IMG/VR virus record: IMGVR_UViG_3300042896_000947
Location: 1 to 46,158 of that record
Origin: a virus
Taxonomy: Duplodnaviria > Heunggongvirae > Uroviricota > Caudoviricetes
Length of the DNA stretch: 46,158 nt
Reading direction: 5' to 3' (one strand)
In this document: one piece after another, positions 25,027 through 33,482 of the stretch
Position numbering within the stretch: position 1 is the stretch's first letter
Layout: each line of letters opens with the position of its first letter
Program-made: the position numbers and the translations under genes
The notes under the pieces: model-generated
The model's database searches: none
What the model was told of the DNA's origin: nothing
Seen by the model: the letters and a program-made list of their open reading frames with translations, nothing else

Positions 25027-25054
25027 AAAAAGGACAGGTGTTCAAGCCTGTCCT
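25027..25054 (-). terminator. Rho-independent terminator ending the lysis-phoH-GIY-YIG transcript
   Basis: AGGACAGG-cttgaaca-CCTGTCCT followed by TTTT. Confidence 0.78.
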
Positions 25055-25110
25055 GGTTGATTCCCGGAAGCGCAGGGCTGCTCAGGCGTAGCCGTCGCCT
25101 TCTTGCGCCC

Positions 25111-26013
25111 TCACCGGCGGTGGGTGTGAATAAGGTTATCGATGCCGCTTTTTTTGATGTGGTATCTCACGGTGTTTTTGTGAAGACCCAAAAGCGCCCC
25201 GATCTCCAGAACAGTAAGCATCTTTCCATCAACCTGATAACGCGGCTTGCGGCTGTCGTCATAGGCGATAGGGTTGTCCCGGTATCGACACAGCCAACCC
25301 TTGTAGCCTCTCTTCAAACCCAGTGAGGCAGCGGACATGTGAGCCTGCGAAAGCTCGTTTTCTCTGCAAAACTTGCTCAGGTTTTCAATCTCGATCTCAA
25401 CCCCGGCAGGCGTGGTCACAATGTACCTCTTCACCTGCGCGGCGACGCTTGCTTCTTGCACCTTGGCGCCATTTTCTTTCCATCTTTTAGCAATGGCGGC
25501 CCTCTCAGATTCGCTTTTCTTCTGGCCGGTCATCGCCAGTCTTTTCTTTTGCCTGGACTCTGCCGACATGACCTTTCCTTTCGTCGAAAAGCCATTGCTT
25601 AACAGAAGCTGTCTGCGCTCATCGGGCGTCATGCTTGCGAACTTCGCCTTTATTCGCTCTTTGATCCGTAGCCGCTCTTCTTCGGAGTGCTTGAACCCGA
25701 GTCCGGACCTGGCGGTTCGCAAAATGTTGTAGTAGGGCAGCGTGCTGTCCATGTAGAACTGCTCTCGCTTCGTCAGATTCTTTTTCTCAGGCACGATCTC
25801 AAGAACCTGCACCCAAAAGAAATTCTCGCCGTACTTGTTGAAGGCACGTTGAAGGTGCTTGTTTTCGTGGATGTTTTTTCTGAGTTTTGAGAAGTGGTCT
25901 CTCGTTCGGCACTTCAGATTCACGGCACTGCCGACATAGTGCCGTGAATTCGCGTCGTTGTGGATGGCGTAGACGCCAGAGCCACTTCTGTTTCTGGCGT
26001 CTTCTGGGTTCAT
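25111..26013 (-). CDS. Free-standing GIY-YIG homing endonuclease with NUMOD3-like repeats and C-terminal HTH
   Basis: SGVYAI...HYVGSAVNLKCR...H...HENKHLQRAFNKYG...EQFYMD...YNI; GFKHSEEER and GKVMSAESR repeats; lower GC. Confidence 0.9.
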   Translation of the reverse strand: MNPEDARNRSGSGVYAIHNDANSRHYVGSAVNLKCRTRDHFSKLRKNIHENKHLQRAFNKYGENFFWVQVLEIVPEKKNLTKREQFYMDSTLPYYNILRTARSGLGFKHSEEERLRIKERIKAKFASMTPDERRQLLLSNGFSTKGKVMSAESRQKKRLAMTGQKKSESERAAIAKRWKENGAKVQEASVAAQVKRYIVTTPAGVEIEIENLSKFCRENELSQAHMSAASLGLKRGYKGWLCRYRDNPIAYDDSRKPRYQVDGKMLTVLEIGALLGLHKNTVRYHIKKSGIDNLIHTHRR

Positions 26014-26729
26014 TTTCTATAGCATTTTAATATATCCCGGACCAAACCTGACCTGACGATGTCGTCCTCGGTGAACTCCACGATGCGCACCCGCTCCAGG
26101 TTGCACAGCCGCTCGACCGCATCTTGCAAGCCACTCGGGCCGTTCAGGTCGCACTGGTCCACGTCGCCGTCCACGATCACCGTGCAGTTCTTGCCGGCGC
26201 GCGTGAGGAACATCTTCATCTCGGTCGGTGTGACGTTTTGCGCCTCATCCAGGATGACGATGGCGTTGTTGAAGGTCTTGCCGCGCATGAAACCCAGCGG
26301 CTCGGGCACGATGTTGCCCAGCTTGAGGGCGCATTCATACGCACCCCGGCCCATGCGCTCGATCATCACATCCCGGAAGGGCGCAAGGAAGGGCGCGTAC
26401 TTCTCTTCAAGCTCGCCGGGCAGAAAACCCATGCCCGCGCCCACCTCAATGTTCGGACGGGTCACGATGATCTTGTCGATGCGCTTGTTCACCAGCTGGT
26501 CGGCCGCGTAGGCAGCCGCGCAGTAGGTCTTGCCGGTGCCGGCCGGGCCGATGCCGAAGATCAGCTCGGCGCTCATGATGGCGCTGATGTACTGGCCCTG
26601 CGCCTCGGTCTGGGCCTGCAGGGGTTGCGGCTTTTTGTGAAAGCGCGCCGGGTTGTAGGCGACGGACTCATCCTCGATGCCGTAGGAAGCGTGGGGGTTT
26701 TTCTGATTGCGGACAGGTCGTTTGGCCAT
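26010..26729 (-). CDS. phoH: PhoH-family ATPase
   Basis: GPAGTGKTY, IIVTRP, GFLPGELEEK, FMRGKTF, ILDEAQN, GDVDQCD, DIVRSGLV. Confidence 0.95.
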   Translation of the reverse strand: MAKRPVRNQKNPHASYGIEDESVAYNPARFHKKPQPLQAQTEAQGQYISAIMSAELIFGIGPAGTGKTYCAAAYAADQLVNKRIDKIIVTRPNIEVGAGMGFLPGELEEKYAPFLAPFRDVMIERMGRGAYECALKLGNIVPEPLGFMRGKTFNNAIVILDEAQNVTPTEMKMFLTRAGKNCTVIVDGDVDQCDLNGPSGLQDAVERLCNLERVRIVEFTEDDIVRSGLVRDILKCYRK

Positions 26730-26790
26730 GGGTGATTCCGGTCGTCTGAGGTGATCACCAGCCAGGAGCGGCTGGCAACATAAGCACTGC

Positions 26791-27306
26791 TTATTTCGTG
26801 AGGGTTGAGTTGGCGATCAACACGTCCTTGTTTTGCGAGCTGCGGCTGGAGCCGAAGAAGAAGTTGAGCACCGCCCCGAAGCCGGCCGACAGCGAGCCAA
26901 GCAGAATCAGGAGCGCCTGCTGGTCCGATACCTTGAGAATGCCCAGCAGCATGGTCACCAGGATGCCGAAAAAGCCCGAGACGATCAGAATCGCCAGGAT
27001 GTCCGGCGTCCAGCTGCGCACGGTGACCTGCATGTCGCGGGCGCCTTGCGTGTTTGCCACGTCGAGCTTGGCCAGGTCGATCTTGTTGGCTTCCAGGAAG
27101 CGCCGAAAGTCCAGCTCGGCGAGCTTGACGTTGGTGATCTGCTCGGGCGTGAGCGTGCCGGAGTCCAGCAGATCCGTAACGGCCTCGATGGTCTTGTTCT
27201 CGATGCCGAGCTTGTCGGCCATGAATGCCGCCGCAGCGCCGCCCAGTGGGCCGCCCAGCGCGGTGCCGATCAGCGGCGCCATCGTTTTGAGCCAGCCCAG
27301 GTCCAT
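26791..27306 (-). CDS. Probable holin (3-TM, GTA-holin-like)
   Basis: APLIGTALGGPLGG N-terminus, two hydrophobic helices, FFFGSS C-terminal motif; overlaps the endolysin stop (alternative GTG at 27309). Confidence 0.7.
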   Translation of the reverse strand: MDLGWLKTMAPLIGTALGGPLGGAAAAFMADKLGIENKTIEAVTDLLDSGTLTPEQITNVKLAELDFRRFLEANKIDLAKLDVANTQGARDMQVTVRSWTPDILAILIVSGFFGILVTMLLGILKVSDQQALLILLGSLSAGFGAVLNFFFGSSRSSQNKDVLIANSTLTK

Positions 27307-27794
27307 CACAGCCCCCGCGTGTAGGTGGCAGTCGTCTTGCCGTTGGTCGTGGTGAAGTGCGCCGTCAGGACTTCGCCGTCATTGACGCCGTCGGGTAGGC
27401 TCAGGTGGACCCAGTTGCCCTCCTGAATCACCTGGCCAAACTTGATGCTCGACTTGGCGATGGCCTGCACCACCTGTAGTGGCGTGCCAAAACTGCGGCA
27501 AGAGAAGTCGCACGCCTCGCCGCGCATGTGGTTGGAAGTCTTGGAGCCGCCGACAGCCTGGTTCACTGCCGGGTTGCGAAAGCCCGAGCTGATGGAGACG
27601 ACGCGGTCGCCCAGCAGCTTGCGCACCTGCTCCATCAAGGCGGCAAGCCGAAACAGGTTCTGCACTGCCAGCGGGTCGGGGGTGTTGTTGATGCCCTTGC
27701 GCACGGCCATGTCGGAGTCGGTGAACTCGGAGAGGTAGAAATGCGGGCTGAGCTGGATGGAGCCGCTGGTGATTTTTTGAATGACTTTGGCCAT
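27306..27794 (-). CDS. Endolysin, peptidase M15A family
   Basis: LSPHFYLSEF, SSGFRNPAVN...SNHMRGEACDF, WVHLS. Confidence 0.88.
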   Translation of the reverse strand: MAKVIQKITSGSIQLSPHFYLSEFTDSDMAVRKGINNTPDPLAVQNLFRLAALMEQVRKLLGDRVVSISSGFRNPAVNQAVGGSKTSNHMRGEACDFSCRSFGTPLQVVQAIAKSSIKFGQVIQEGNWVHLSLPDGVNDGEVLTAHFTTTNGKTTATYTRGL

Positions 27795-27813
27795 AGTGGG
27801 CTCCTGGTAAAAT

Positions 27814-28230
27814 TCAGCCTGCGCGCGCCACGGCTTGCGTTGCCAATATCACCGCTCCGATCGCACCTGAGCCAAGCACTGCCCACAGGGCACGTACTGT
27901 CCATACAACAGTTTGAAATCGCGCCTTGTTTCGCTCGCTTTCGATGTTGAGGTCTTGAAACACTGATTCGAGACGGCCAACACGTCCGACGGTGGATGCC
28001 GACTCGGCATTGACCAGCTCATAGGCATGTTGGCGCTCGGTGATGGCCTCCATGCGTTCGATGGCTTTGCTTGTTGATTGCGCCATGGTGTGCTGGCGCT
28101 CTTCGATGACGGTAATGCGACTCATGGCTTCTACCATTCGACTCATCAGCGACTTCATGTCTGTGATGTCCTGCTTGAGGGCCGAGAATTCCCGGGCGTT
28201 GACTATCGCTTGACTTGACGGCTCGCTCAT
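27814..28230 (-). CDS. Coiled-coil protein with C-terminal membrane helix, lysis-cassette associated
   Basis: RBS GGAG; ITVIEERQ coiled coil; C-terminal hydrophobic helix. Confidence 0.65.
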   Translation of the reverse strand: MSEPSSQAIVNAREFSALKQDITDMKSLMSRMVEAMSRITVIEERQHTMAQSTSKAIERMEAITERQHAYELVNAESASTVGRVGRLESVFQDLNIESERNKARFQTVVWTVRALWAVLGSGAIGAVILATQAVARAG

Positions 28231-28246
28231 TAATATCTCCATTGTC

Positions 28247-28260
28247 AGTCATTATTGACT
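28247..28260. promoter_or_regulatory. Operator AGTCA-TTAT-TGACT (extends to GTCAGTCA-TTAT-TGACTGAC) upstream of the lysis cassette
   Basis: Sequence read directly. Confidence 0.76.
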
Positions 28261-28314
28261 GACTTTTTGCTAGTGTAATGGACAAGTTGTGTTTTGCGTA
28301 TAAGTTGTTCGGAT

Positions 28315-28425
28315 TCAGGCGCGCCAGGCGCAGGACTCGTTATCAGTGTGCTCGGCAGGCAGCGCATACCCAGCGCCCCATTGCTCAAGGAGCCAAAGCA
28401 GGCACGCTAGGTACTTCCCGATCAC
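28315..28425 (-). CDS. Possible 36-aa ORF or gene remnant
   Basis: GTGA overlap with the heme-oxygenase-like stop; VIGKYLACLLWLLEQWGAGYALPAEHTDNESCAWRA. Confidence 0.25.
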   Translation of the reverse strand: MIGKYLACLLWLLEQWGAGYALPAEHTDNESCAWRA

Positions 28426-28931
28426 TGGGAGTGCCTGGCCGCAATCTCGTCCATGATGGCAAGCAGCGCGGCAAAGCAGTCGCGTGCTTCCTGGGCGATG
28501 TCGGCGCGCTCGCGCACGGGCTTGAGCCAGGCCAGTCCGTCCTTGCGGTCGTCCCACTCCAAGTGGCTGGTGGGGAAGCCCGCCAGTCGCCGGCGCATGA
28601 TCTCGCCGCCCATCAGGTGCGCGCCGGTCAGCACATAGGCCGCGGCCGCCAGCGTAGGCTCGGTGGTCAGCGTGGCGGCGTAGTTGGCAGCGGCGCGCGA
28701 AGGGTGCGCGAACAACCCACCCGCCAGCAAATCGGCGTCCAGGCGCTCGACCCGGCCCAGCGCAGCGGGAAGCGCCGTGTCCACGACTGCGTGCAGCTGG
28801 CGCAGCGCCATCAGCCAGTCAGCGTACCAGGCAGCGGGCGGTGTGCCCGAGGCCATGGCCGCGCCAACCGGATGCGCCTCGCAGGCGTGGTGCAGGTCGC
28901 GCGTGGCGTTCCAAAGCACGCCGGGCGTCAT
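28422..28931 (-). CDS. Heme-oxygenase-like protein (compact, 169 aa)
   Basis: LWNATRDLHHACE aligns to the proximal-His helix (HO-1 LKEATKEVHTQAE); AAAYVLTGAHLMGGEIMRRRL aligns to the distal helix (YxxxGxxxGG). Confidence 0.7.
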   Translation of the reverse strand: MTPGVLWNATRDLHHACEAHPVGAAMASGTPPAAWYADWLMALRQLHAVVDTALPAALGRVERLDADLLAGGLFAHPSRAAANYAATLTTEPTLAAAAYVLTGAHLMGGEIMRRRLAGFPTSHLEWDDRKDGLAWLKPVRERADIAQEARDCFAALLAIMDEIAARHSQ

Positions 28932-29203
28932 GGCAGCACCTCCGCCTCGGGCGTGGGCTCGACAACAGGCTCTGGCAAGGTTTCTGGCTTCGGCTCTGGC
29001 TCTGGTGGCTCAGGGTCCACCCATTTCGGGTCCAGCGCCAATGCGCGCTCCACGGCCAGGTCACGGGTGGTGAAATACTCGGCGCTTTCCTGGCCAGTGG
29101 TGAACTGATTTCCCATGCTCACTTCGACAATTTGAATAGGACCTGGCCCGTACACCAGAATCCAGCAGGCAACTTGCGCCTTAAAGTCGGTTGTCATCGT
29201 CAT
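28928..29203 (-). CDS. Small hypothetical protein with Pro/Glu tail, probably tail-appendage associated
   Basis: ATGA overlaps at both ends. Confidence 0.65.
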   Translation of the reverse strand: MTMTTDFKAQVACWILVYGPGPIQIVEVSMGNQFTTGQESAEYFTTRDLAVERALALDPKWVDPEPPEPEPKPETLPEPVVEPTPEAEVLP

Positions 29204-32200
29204 GCTCCTTGTCCTCCATCCGTGATCGTCCAGTAATTCGGGGCGGCGATTAACACCGCGCGGGCGCTGGCACTGGCGGCGCTGTATTTGGCCGTTCCGG
29301 CGTTCAGCGAGACGCTGGGTTTAACGGTTTGCGCCGCCCAGCCTATAAGGGTTTGGCCATAGTTGGCAGAAGACACCCCGGCTCCATTAAGCATTTGTGC
29401 CGCAGTGGTGACTTTCGACATGCTCCAGGCTCCTAGCGGTTGGTTGAATGCGCTGCAGGATAGAAACATGTAAGACATGTTCACGACATTTGCCGTGTTC
29501 CATGCTTCGATCGGTTGGTTAAACCGGTATGCTCCGTTGAACATGAAAGACATGTCCGTAACATTTGCCGTGTTCCATGAGGCAAGCGGCTTGTTAAACG
29601 CAAGGCAGCCGAAGAACATGCTGTTCATGTTTGTGACCTTCCCGGTATTCCAGGAGTCAAGAGTTTGGTTGTAATTGGATAAGTTGTAGAACATGCTCGA
29701 CATGTTCGTCACGTTTTCTGTGTTCCAAGAGCCAATCGGTTGATTGAATCCTGCACGTTCAAACATGCTGGCCATGTTCGTGACTTTTCCTGTGTTCCAG
29801 GAGCCGATGGGCTGTTGAAACCCGTAGGTGTTCGCGAACATGAACGACATATCTGTGACATTTGCGGTATTCCAGGGGGCTATCGCCTGATTAAATGGCC
29901 CGCAATTTCTGAACGTGTGCGACATATCCGTGACATTTGCTGTGTTCCAGTTTTCAACGCCAGTGGCAGTAAACGAAGATTCGCAATACGCAAACATTCC
30001 GCTTAAATTTTTCACCGTAGAGGGCAGCCCCGAGGGCACGGAAGCTAAGTTAGTCGCCCCGTAAAATGCATACTTCAGCGATGTCAGGCCCAGCCCCGCA
30101 CCAAAAGAAGTGCAGCTCTGGAGGGCATAGTTGGAGGTGTTGAAGTAACCGTAAACAGTGACGCCTGGAGCGGTGTTTGATGATGTGCTGTAGCCCGCCG
30201 TCGGAGTCAAAGACTCGTAGTAGCCAAACTGAGTCAGCGTGCCTGAGATGCGAACAGTTCTTGTAAAGGAAGACGCGGCGAAAGTGTGGCTGACTTTTCC
30301 GGGCGCGGTGTAAGTGTTGGATGTTCCGTCCCCCCAGTAAATTGTTGCATTTACGTTGCCGCCCAAAACGCAGCTAATCGTGTAGTTGGTGAACGGGCTG
30401 GCCCTGTACACCAGCACCATGTCCAGATTTGGCTGAATGAACGAAGTGATCGTCGTCCAGGCCGAATACTGGCCCGTCGTGGTCTTGTAGCGCGCGCGCC
30501 AGTAGTACGTCCAGCCCTGGTTAAGCCCTGCCAGCCCCAGCGTCGCCAGGCTGCTTTGCGTGTTGTTGGTCGCCAGCAGCGGCGTGCCGGTGGTGGTGGC
30601 GGTGGTGTACACCTGCCACTCGGTTTCCTGGTACACAAAGCCCGTGGCGCTGTAGTACGCGCTGATAGACAGCGTTTCAGCTTCTGCGCCGGCTGTGCCC
30701 AACGGCGTCGGCGCGTCAATGCCGCCCGTTTGCGTGAAGCTGGAAAGCGTTGTCCAAGCCGAAACTGCGCCCGACGCGCTCTGGTAGCGCATGCGCCAGT
30801 ACAGGACATAGCCCCGCTTGCCGGCCAGTCCGGTCAGCGTGGTCGTCGTGAGCGAAGTCACCGCCGTGGTCAAGACCTGCGCCGCCAGCGGCGTGCCGGA
30901 TGCCTGGCTCGTGCCGTACACCTCCCACTGAGACTGCGCAAAAGCCTCACCGTAGTTGCTGGTGAACAGCGAGGTCTGCACCGAATCGGTGTAGGCGTCG
31001 GGCAGCGTCACCGCCACCGGGTCTTCAATCAGCTTGGGCTGGGTGTAGGCGCGCAGAGCGCTAAAGCCCGAGAGGTTGCCCAGCGCGTCTTTAAAGCGGG
31101 CGCGCCAGTAAAGCGGCCCGCTTTGCGGCACGACGCCCACGGTGTTCAGGGTCGTGCTGGTGTTGGTTGCTGCGCCAATGGGCACTCCCGTGCCGGCCGC
31201 ATTGGCATAGACCTCCCACAGCGTTTGCGAGTAGGCCAGTCCGTAGCCGCTGAAATAGCCGTTGACTTGCAGCGTGAACGATGCAGATCCAACCGCAGTG
31301 ACGGGCACAGGCGTGTCAATGGCCAGCGGCTGGGTGTATCCGCGCAAGCTGGTCCAGGAAGACAAGTTACCCAGCGTGTCTTTGTAGCGGGCGCGCCAGT
31401 AGTAGGCGCCAGCAGGTGCGAGGCCCTGCGTGCTGATCGTGTTGCCAGTGCTGGTAGCGCTTGACAGGGGCAAACCCAGGCCGGTCTCGTTGTCATAGAC
31501 TTGCCAGAGCGTTTGCGCAAAAGGCGTGCCATAAACGCTCAGGTAACCACCCACCTCCAGCGCTATGGCTGTTACATCAGGCGCGGTGACCTGCACCGGC
31601 ATGGCAATTGCCAAAGGCTGAATATAGCTTTGCAGCGCCGACCAGTCAGACAGGTAGCCTGCGCCGCCCTCAAAGCGGGCGCGCCAGTAGTAGCCGCCGC
31701 CGCGCACCAAAGCGCCAGGCAGGGTAATGGTGCTGACCTCCAGGCTGGTGTTGTCAGCTGTGCTGGCAGGGCTTCCCGTGCCTTCAGCGTTGTCAAAAAT
31801 CTGCCAGTGAGTCTTTGCGTAAGCCACATCGTAGCCGCTAGCGTACGCGGCAACTTGCAGCGTCTGAGTTTCGATGTTCGACGCCGTGAGCGGCAGCGGC
31901 GTGTCGATAATGTTAGGCTGCACGTAGGAGCGCACAGTCGTCCAGTTAGTCAGGTCGTTGAACGCGTCTTGGTAGCGGGCACGCCAGTAGTAAGTGCCGC
32001 CCATTGTCAGGACGGCCTGCAATCCTTTGGTGCTGAGCGCGCTGTTTTCATTGGCAACCGCGAAGAGTGGCGTGCCTTGAGCCTGCGCGTTGTCAAAAAT
32101 CTGCCACTGCGTCTGCTGATAGGCCAGGCCCGCTTGACTGCGGTAGGCTGAAATTTTCAGCGCAATGGCCTGTGCGCCCTCGTCGGTCAGAGGCACCGGA

Positions 32201-32991
32201 TCGTCGATCAGCTTGGGCTGGATATTGGACTGCAGCACCGACCAGGCGGACCAAGTGCCCAGCGTGTCTTTGTAGCGCGCACGCCAGCTGTAAGGAAGAC
32301 CTTCTGGCGTTTGGCGCAGCGTGCTGAGTGTGCTGATCGCATTGGTCAGGGCGATAGGCGCGCCTGTGCCGCTGGCATTGGCGTAAAGCTGCCACTGCGT
32401 TTGCGCCAGCGTGCGGCCAAAAGCGCTGTAGAACGCGCTGACTTCGGCTGATGCGGACTCCTGGCCTGCCGTGATGAGTGACACGGGTGTGTCCACCAGT
32501 TGCGGAAATACCAGCGTCTGTCGGGACGAGAATGCCGACTCCTGGCCGTCCTGGGACAGGTACTTGGCACGCCAGTAGTACGTTTGCCCGTGCGCCGGCC
32601 CGCTTTGCAGGCCCAGCTCGTAGCTGCTTTGCGTCGTGCTCTGGATCAACACGTTTAAAAACGGATTGCTCAAGTCCGCATTCAGGCTGGCGATGAACAG
32701 CACCCCGGTCTGCGTAAAGGCGTAGCCGCCGCTGGCCAGAAAGTTGCTCAGCCGGAGCTGGCGATGGTGGGTCGAGTTCAGCGGCTCCAGCGCAAGGGGT
32801 TTGCGGATCGGCGGAATCTCGCTGATGGTCCAGGACGAGCCGTCAGAAAAGTACATCACGCCGTCGCTGCTGTAGGCAAATGCGCCTTCGTGATCGGCTG
32901 GGTTCAACGCCTCGACGTTGAGCTGGGGCACGGCCGCGCCGATGACGGTGGACTTGCCTGACAGCAGTTTTTGATCGCTCAGGTTGCTCAT
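29200..32991 (-). CDS. Large tail-appendage/adhesin: eight FN3/Ig-like repeats, PKD-like domain, BspA/DUF285 repeats
   Basis: Eight repeats of about 97 aa each containing YxWRAR[YF]; YWGDG motif; seven WNTxxVTxMxxMF-type repeats plus a degenerate eighth and a WTITDGG cap; start moved to 32991 (ATGA overlap). Confidence 0.8.
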   Translation of the reverse strand: MSNLSDQKLLSGKSTVIGAAVPQLNVEALNPADHEGAFAYSSDGVMYFSDGSSWTISEIPPIRKPLALEPLNSTHHRQLRLSNFLASGGYAFTQTGVLFIASLNADLSNPFLNVLIQSTTQSSYELGLQSGPAHGQTYYWRAKYLSQDGQESAFSSRQTLVFPQLVDTPVSLITAGQESASAEVSAFYSAFGRTLAQTQWQLYANASGTGAPIALTNAISTLSTLRQTPEGLPYSWRARYKDTLGTWSAWSVLQSNIQPKLIDDPVPLTDEGAQAIALKISAYRSQAGLAYQQTQWQIFDNAQAQGTPLFAVANENSALSTKGLQAVLTMGGTYYWRARYQDAFNDLTNWTTVRSYVQPNIIDTPLPLTASNIETQTLQVAAYASGYDVAYAKTHWQIFDNAEGTGSPASTADNTSLEVSTITLPGALVRGGGYYWRARFEGGAGYLSDWSALQSYIQPLAIAMPVQVTAPDVTAIALEVGGYLSVYGTPFAQTLWQVYDNETGLGLPLSSATSTGNTISTQGLAPAGAYYWRARYKDTLGNLSSWTSLRGYTQPLAIDTPVPVTAVGSASFTLQVNGYFSGYGLAYSQTLWEVYANAAGTGVPIGAATNTSTTLNTVGVVPQSGPLYWRARFKDALGNLSGFSALRAYTQPKLIEDPVAVTLPDAYTDSVQTSLFTSNYGEAFAQSQWEVYGTSQASGTPLAAQVLTTAVTSLTTTTLTGLAGKRGYVLYWRMRYQSASGAVSAWTTLSSFTQTGGIDAPTPLGTAGAEAETLSISAYYSATGFVYQETEWQVYTTATTTGTPLLATNNTQSSLATLGLAGLNQGWTYYWRARYKTTTGQYSAWTTITSFIQPNLDMVLVYRASPFTNYTISCVLGGNVNATIYWGDGTSNTYTAPGKVSHTFAASSFTRTVRISGTLTQFGYYESLTPTAGYSTSSNTAPGVTVYGYFNTSNYALQSCTSFGAGLGLTSLKYAFYGATNLASVPSGLPSTVKNLSGMFAYCESSFTATGVENWNTANVTDMSHTFRNCGPFNQAIAPWNTANVTDMSFMFANTYGFQQPIGSWNTGKVTNMASMFERAGFNQPIGSWNTENVTNMSSMFYNLSNYNQTLDSWNTGKVTNMNSMFFGCLAFNKPLASWNTANVTDMSFMFNGAYRFNQPIEAWNTANVVNMSYMFLSCSAFNQPLGAWSMSKVTTAAQMLNGAGVSSANYGQTLIGWAAQTVKPSVSLNAGTAKYSAASASARAVLIAAPNYWTITDGGQGA

Positions 32992-33482
32992 GCTGTGACT
33001 CCGATGTGCTCTGCCGATGGTTTTTCTTCGCCGCTGGCCCATACGTCCAGGCTGTTGGGGGTCTGCGCACACACCTGCAGGCGGTCGCCGCTGCTGCTGC
33101 TGTTGTCCAGCGACAAGCGTTTAAGCAGACTGCGGCCCTGAATAGGAATCAGTGCGGTGTCTCCGGCCGGTATGTTCATGCGACCCGGACAGGAGATGGC
33201 AATCTCATTGCCCATGCTGTCTTTCTCTTCCAGCAGCAGTTGGGTTTCAATCCAGCAGGCTGATGCGCTCTTGTTGCGGGCGTAGATAGGCGTCATGAAA
33301 AAGACCTCGCCGGGGCGCACCGCGCGGTTGTCGTCCGTGTCCCGGTTGGGGAAAACGCGGCTGGCGTCAGGCACTGAAAAATCAGGCGCTTCGGCCAGCG
33401 TGACCCATTCGGTGCCGACATTAGCCCGCGTGTAGTTCTTGGTGCGCCCGGTGGACGGTGTTTTGCAGTAGATGCGGGTCAT
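32988..33482 (-). CDS. Hypothetical beta-rich protein, partner of the upstream spike
   Basis: TAATG and ATGA overlaps with its neighbours. Confidence 0.68.
   Translation of the reverse strand: MTRIYCKTPSTGRTKNYTRANVGTEWVTLAEAPDFSVPDASRVFPNRDTDDNRAVRPGEVFFMTPIYARNKSASACWIETQLLLEEKDSMGNEIAISCPGRMNIPAGDTALIPIQGRSLLKRLSLDNSSSSGDRLQVCAQTPNSLDVWASGEEKPSAEHIGVTA

Noticed and set aside
25111-26013. Group I intron containing the GIY-YIG ORF
   Set aside because: phoH is complete upstream, the ORF overlaps its stop codon, and there is no flanking room for an intron core.
29200-30350. Diversity-generating retroelement acting on the BspA repeats
   Set aside because: No reverse transcriptase in the window, and no template/variable repeat pair differing only at adenines; the repeats are ordinary in-frame protein repeats.
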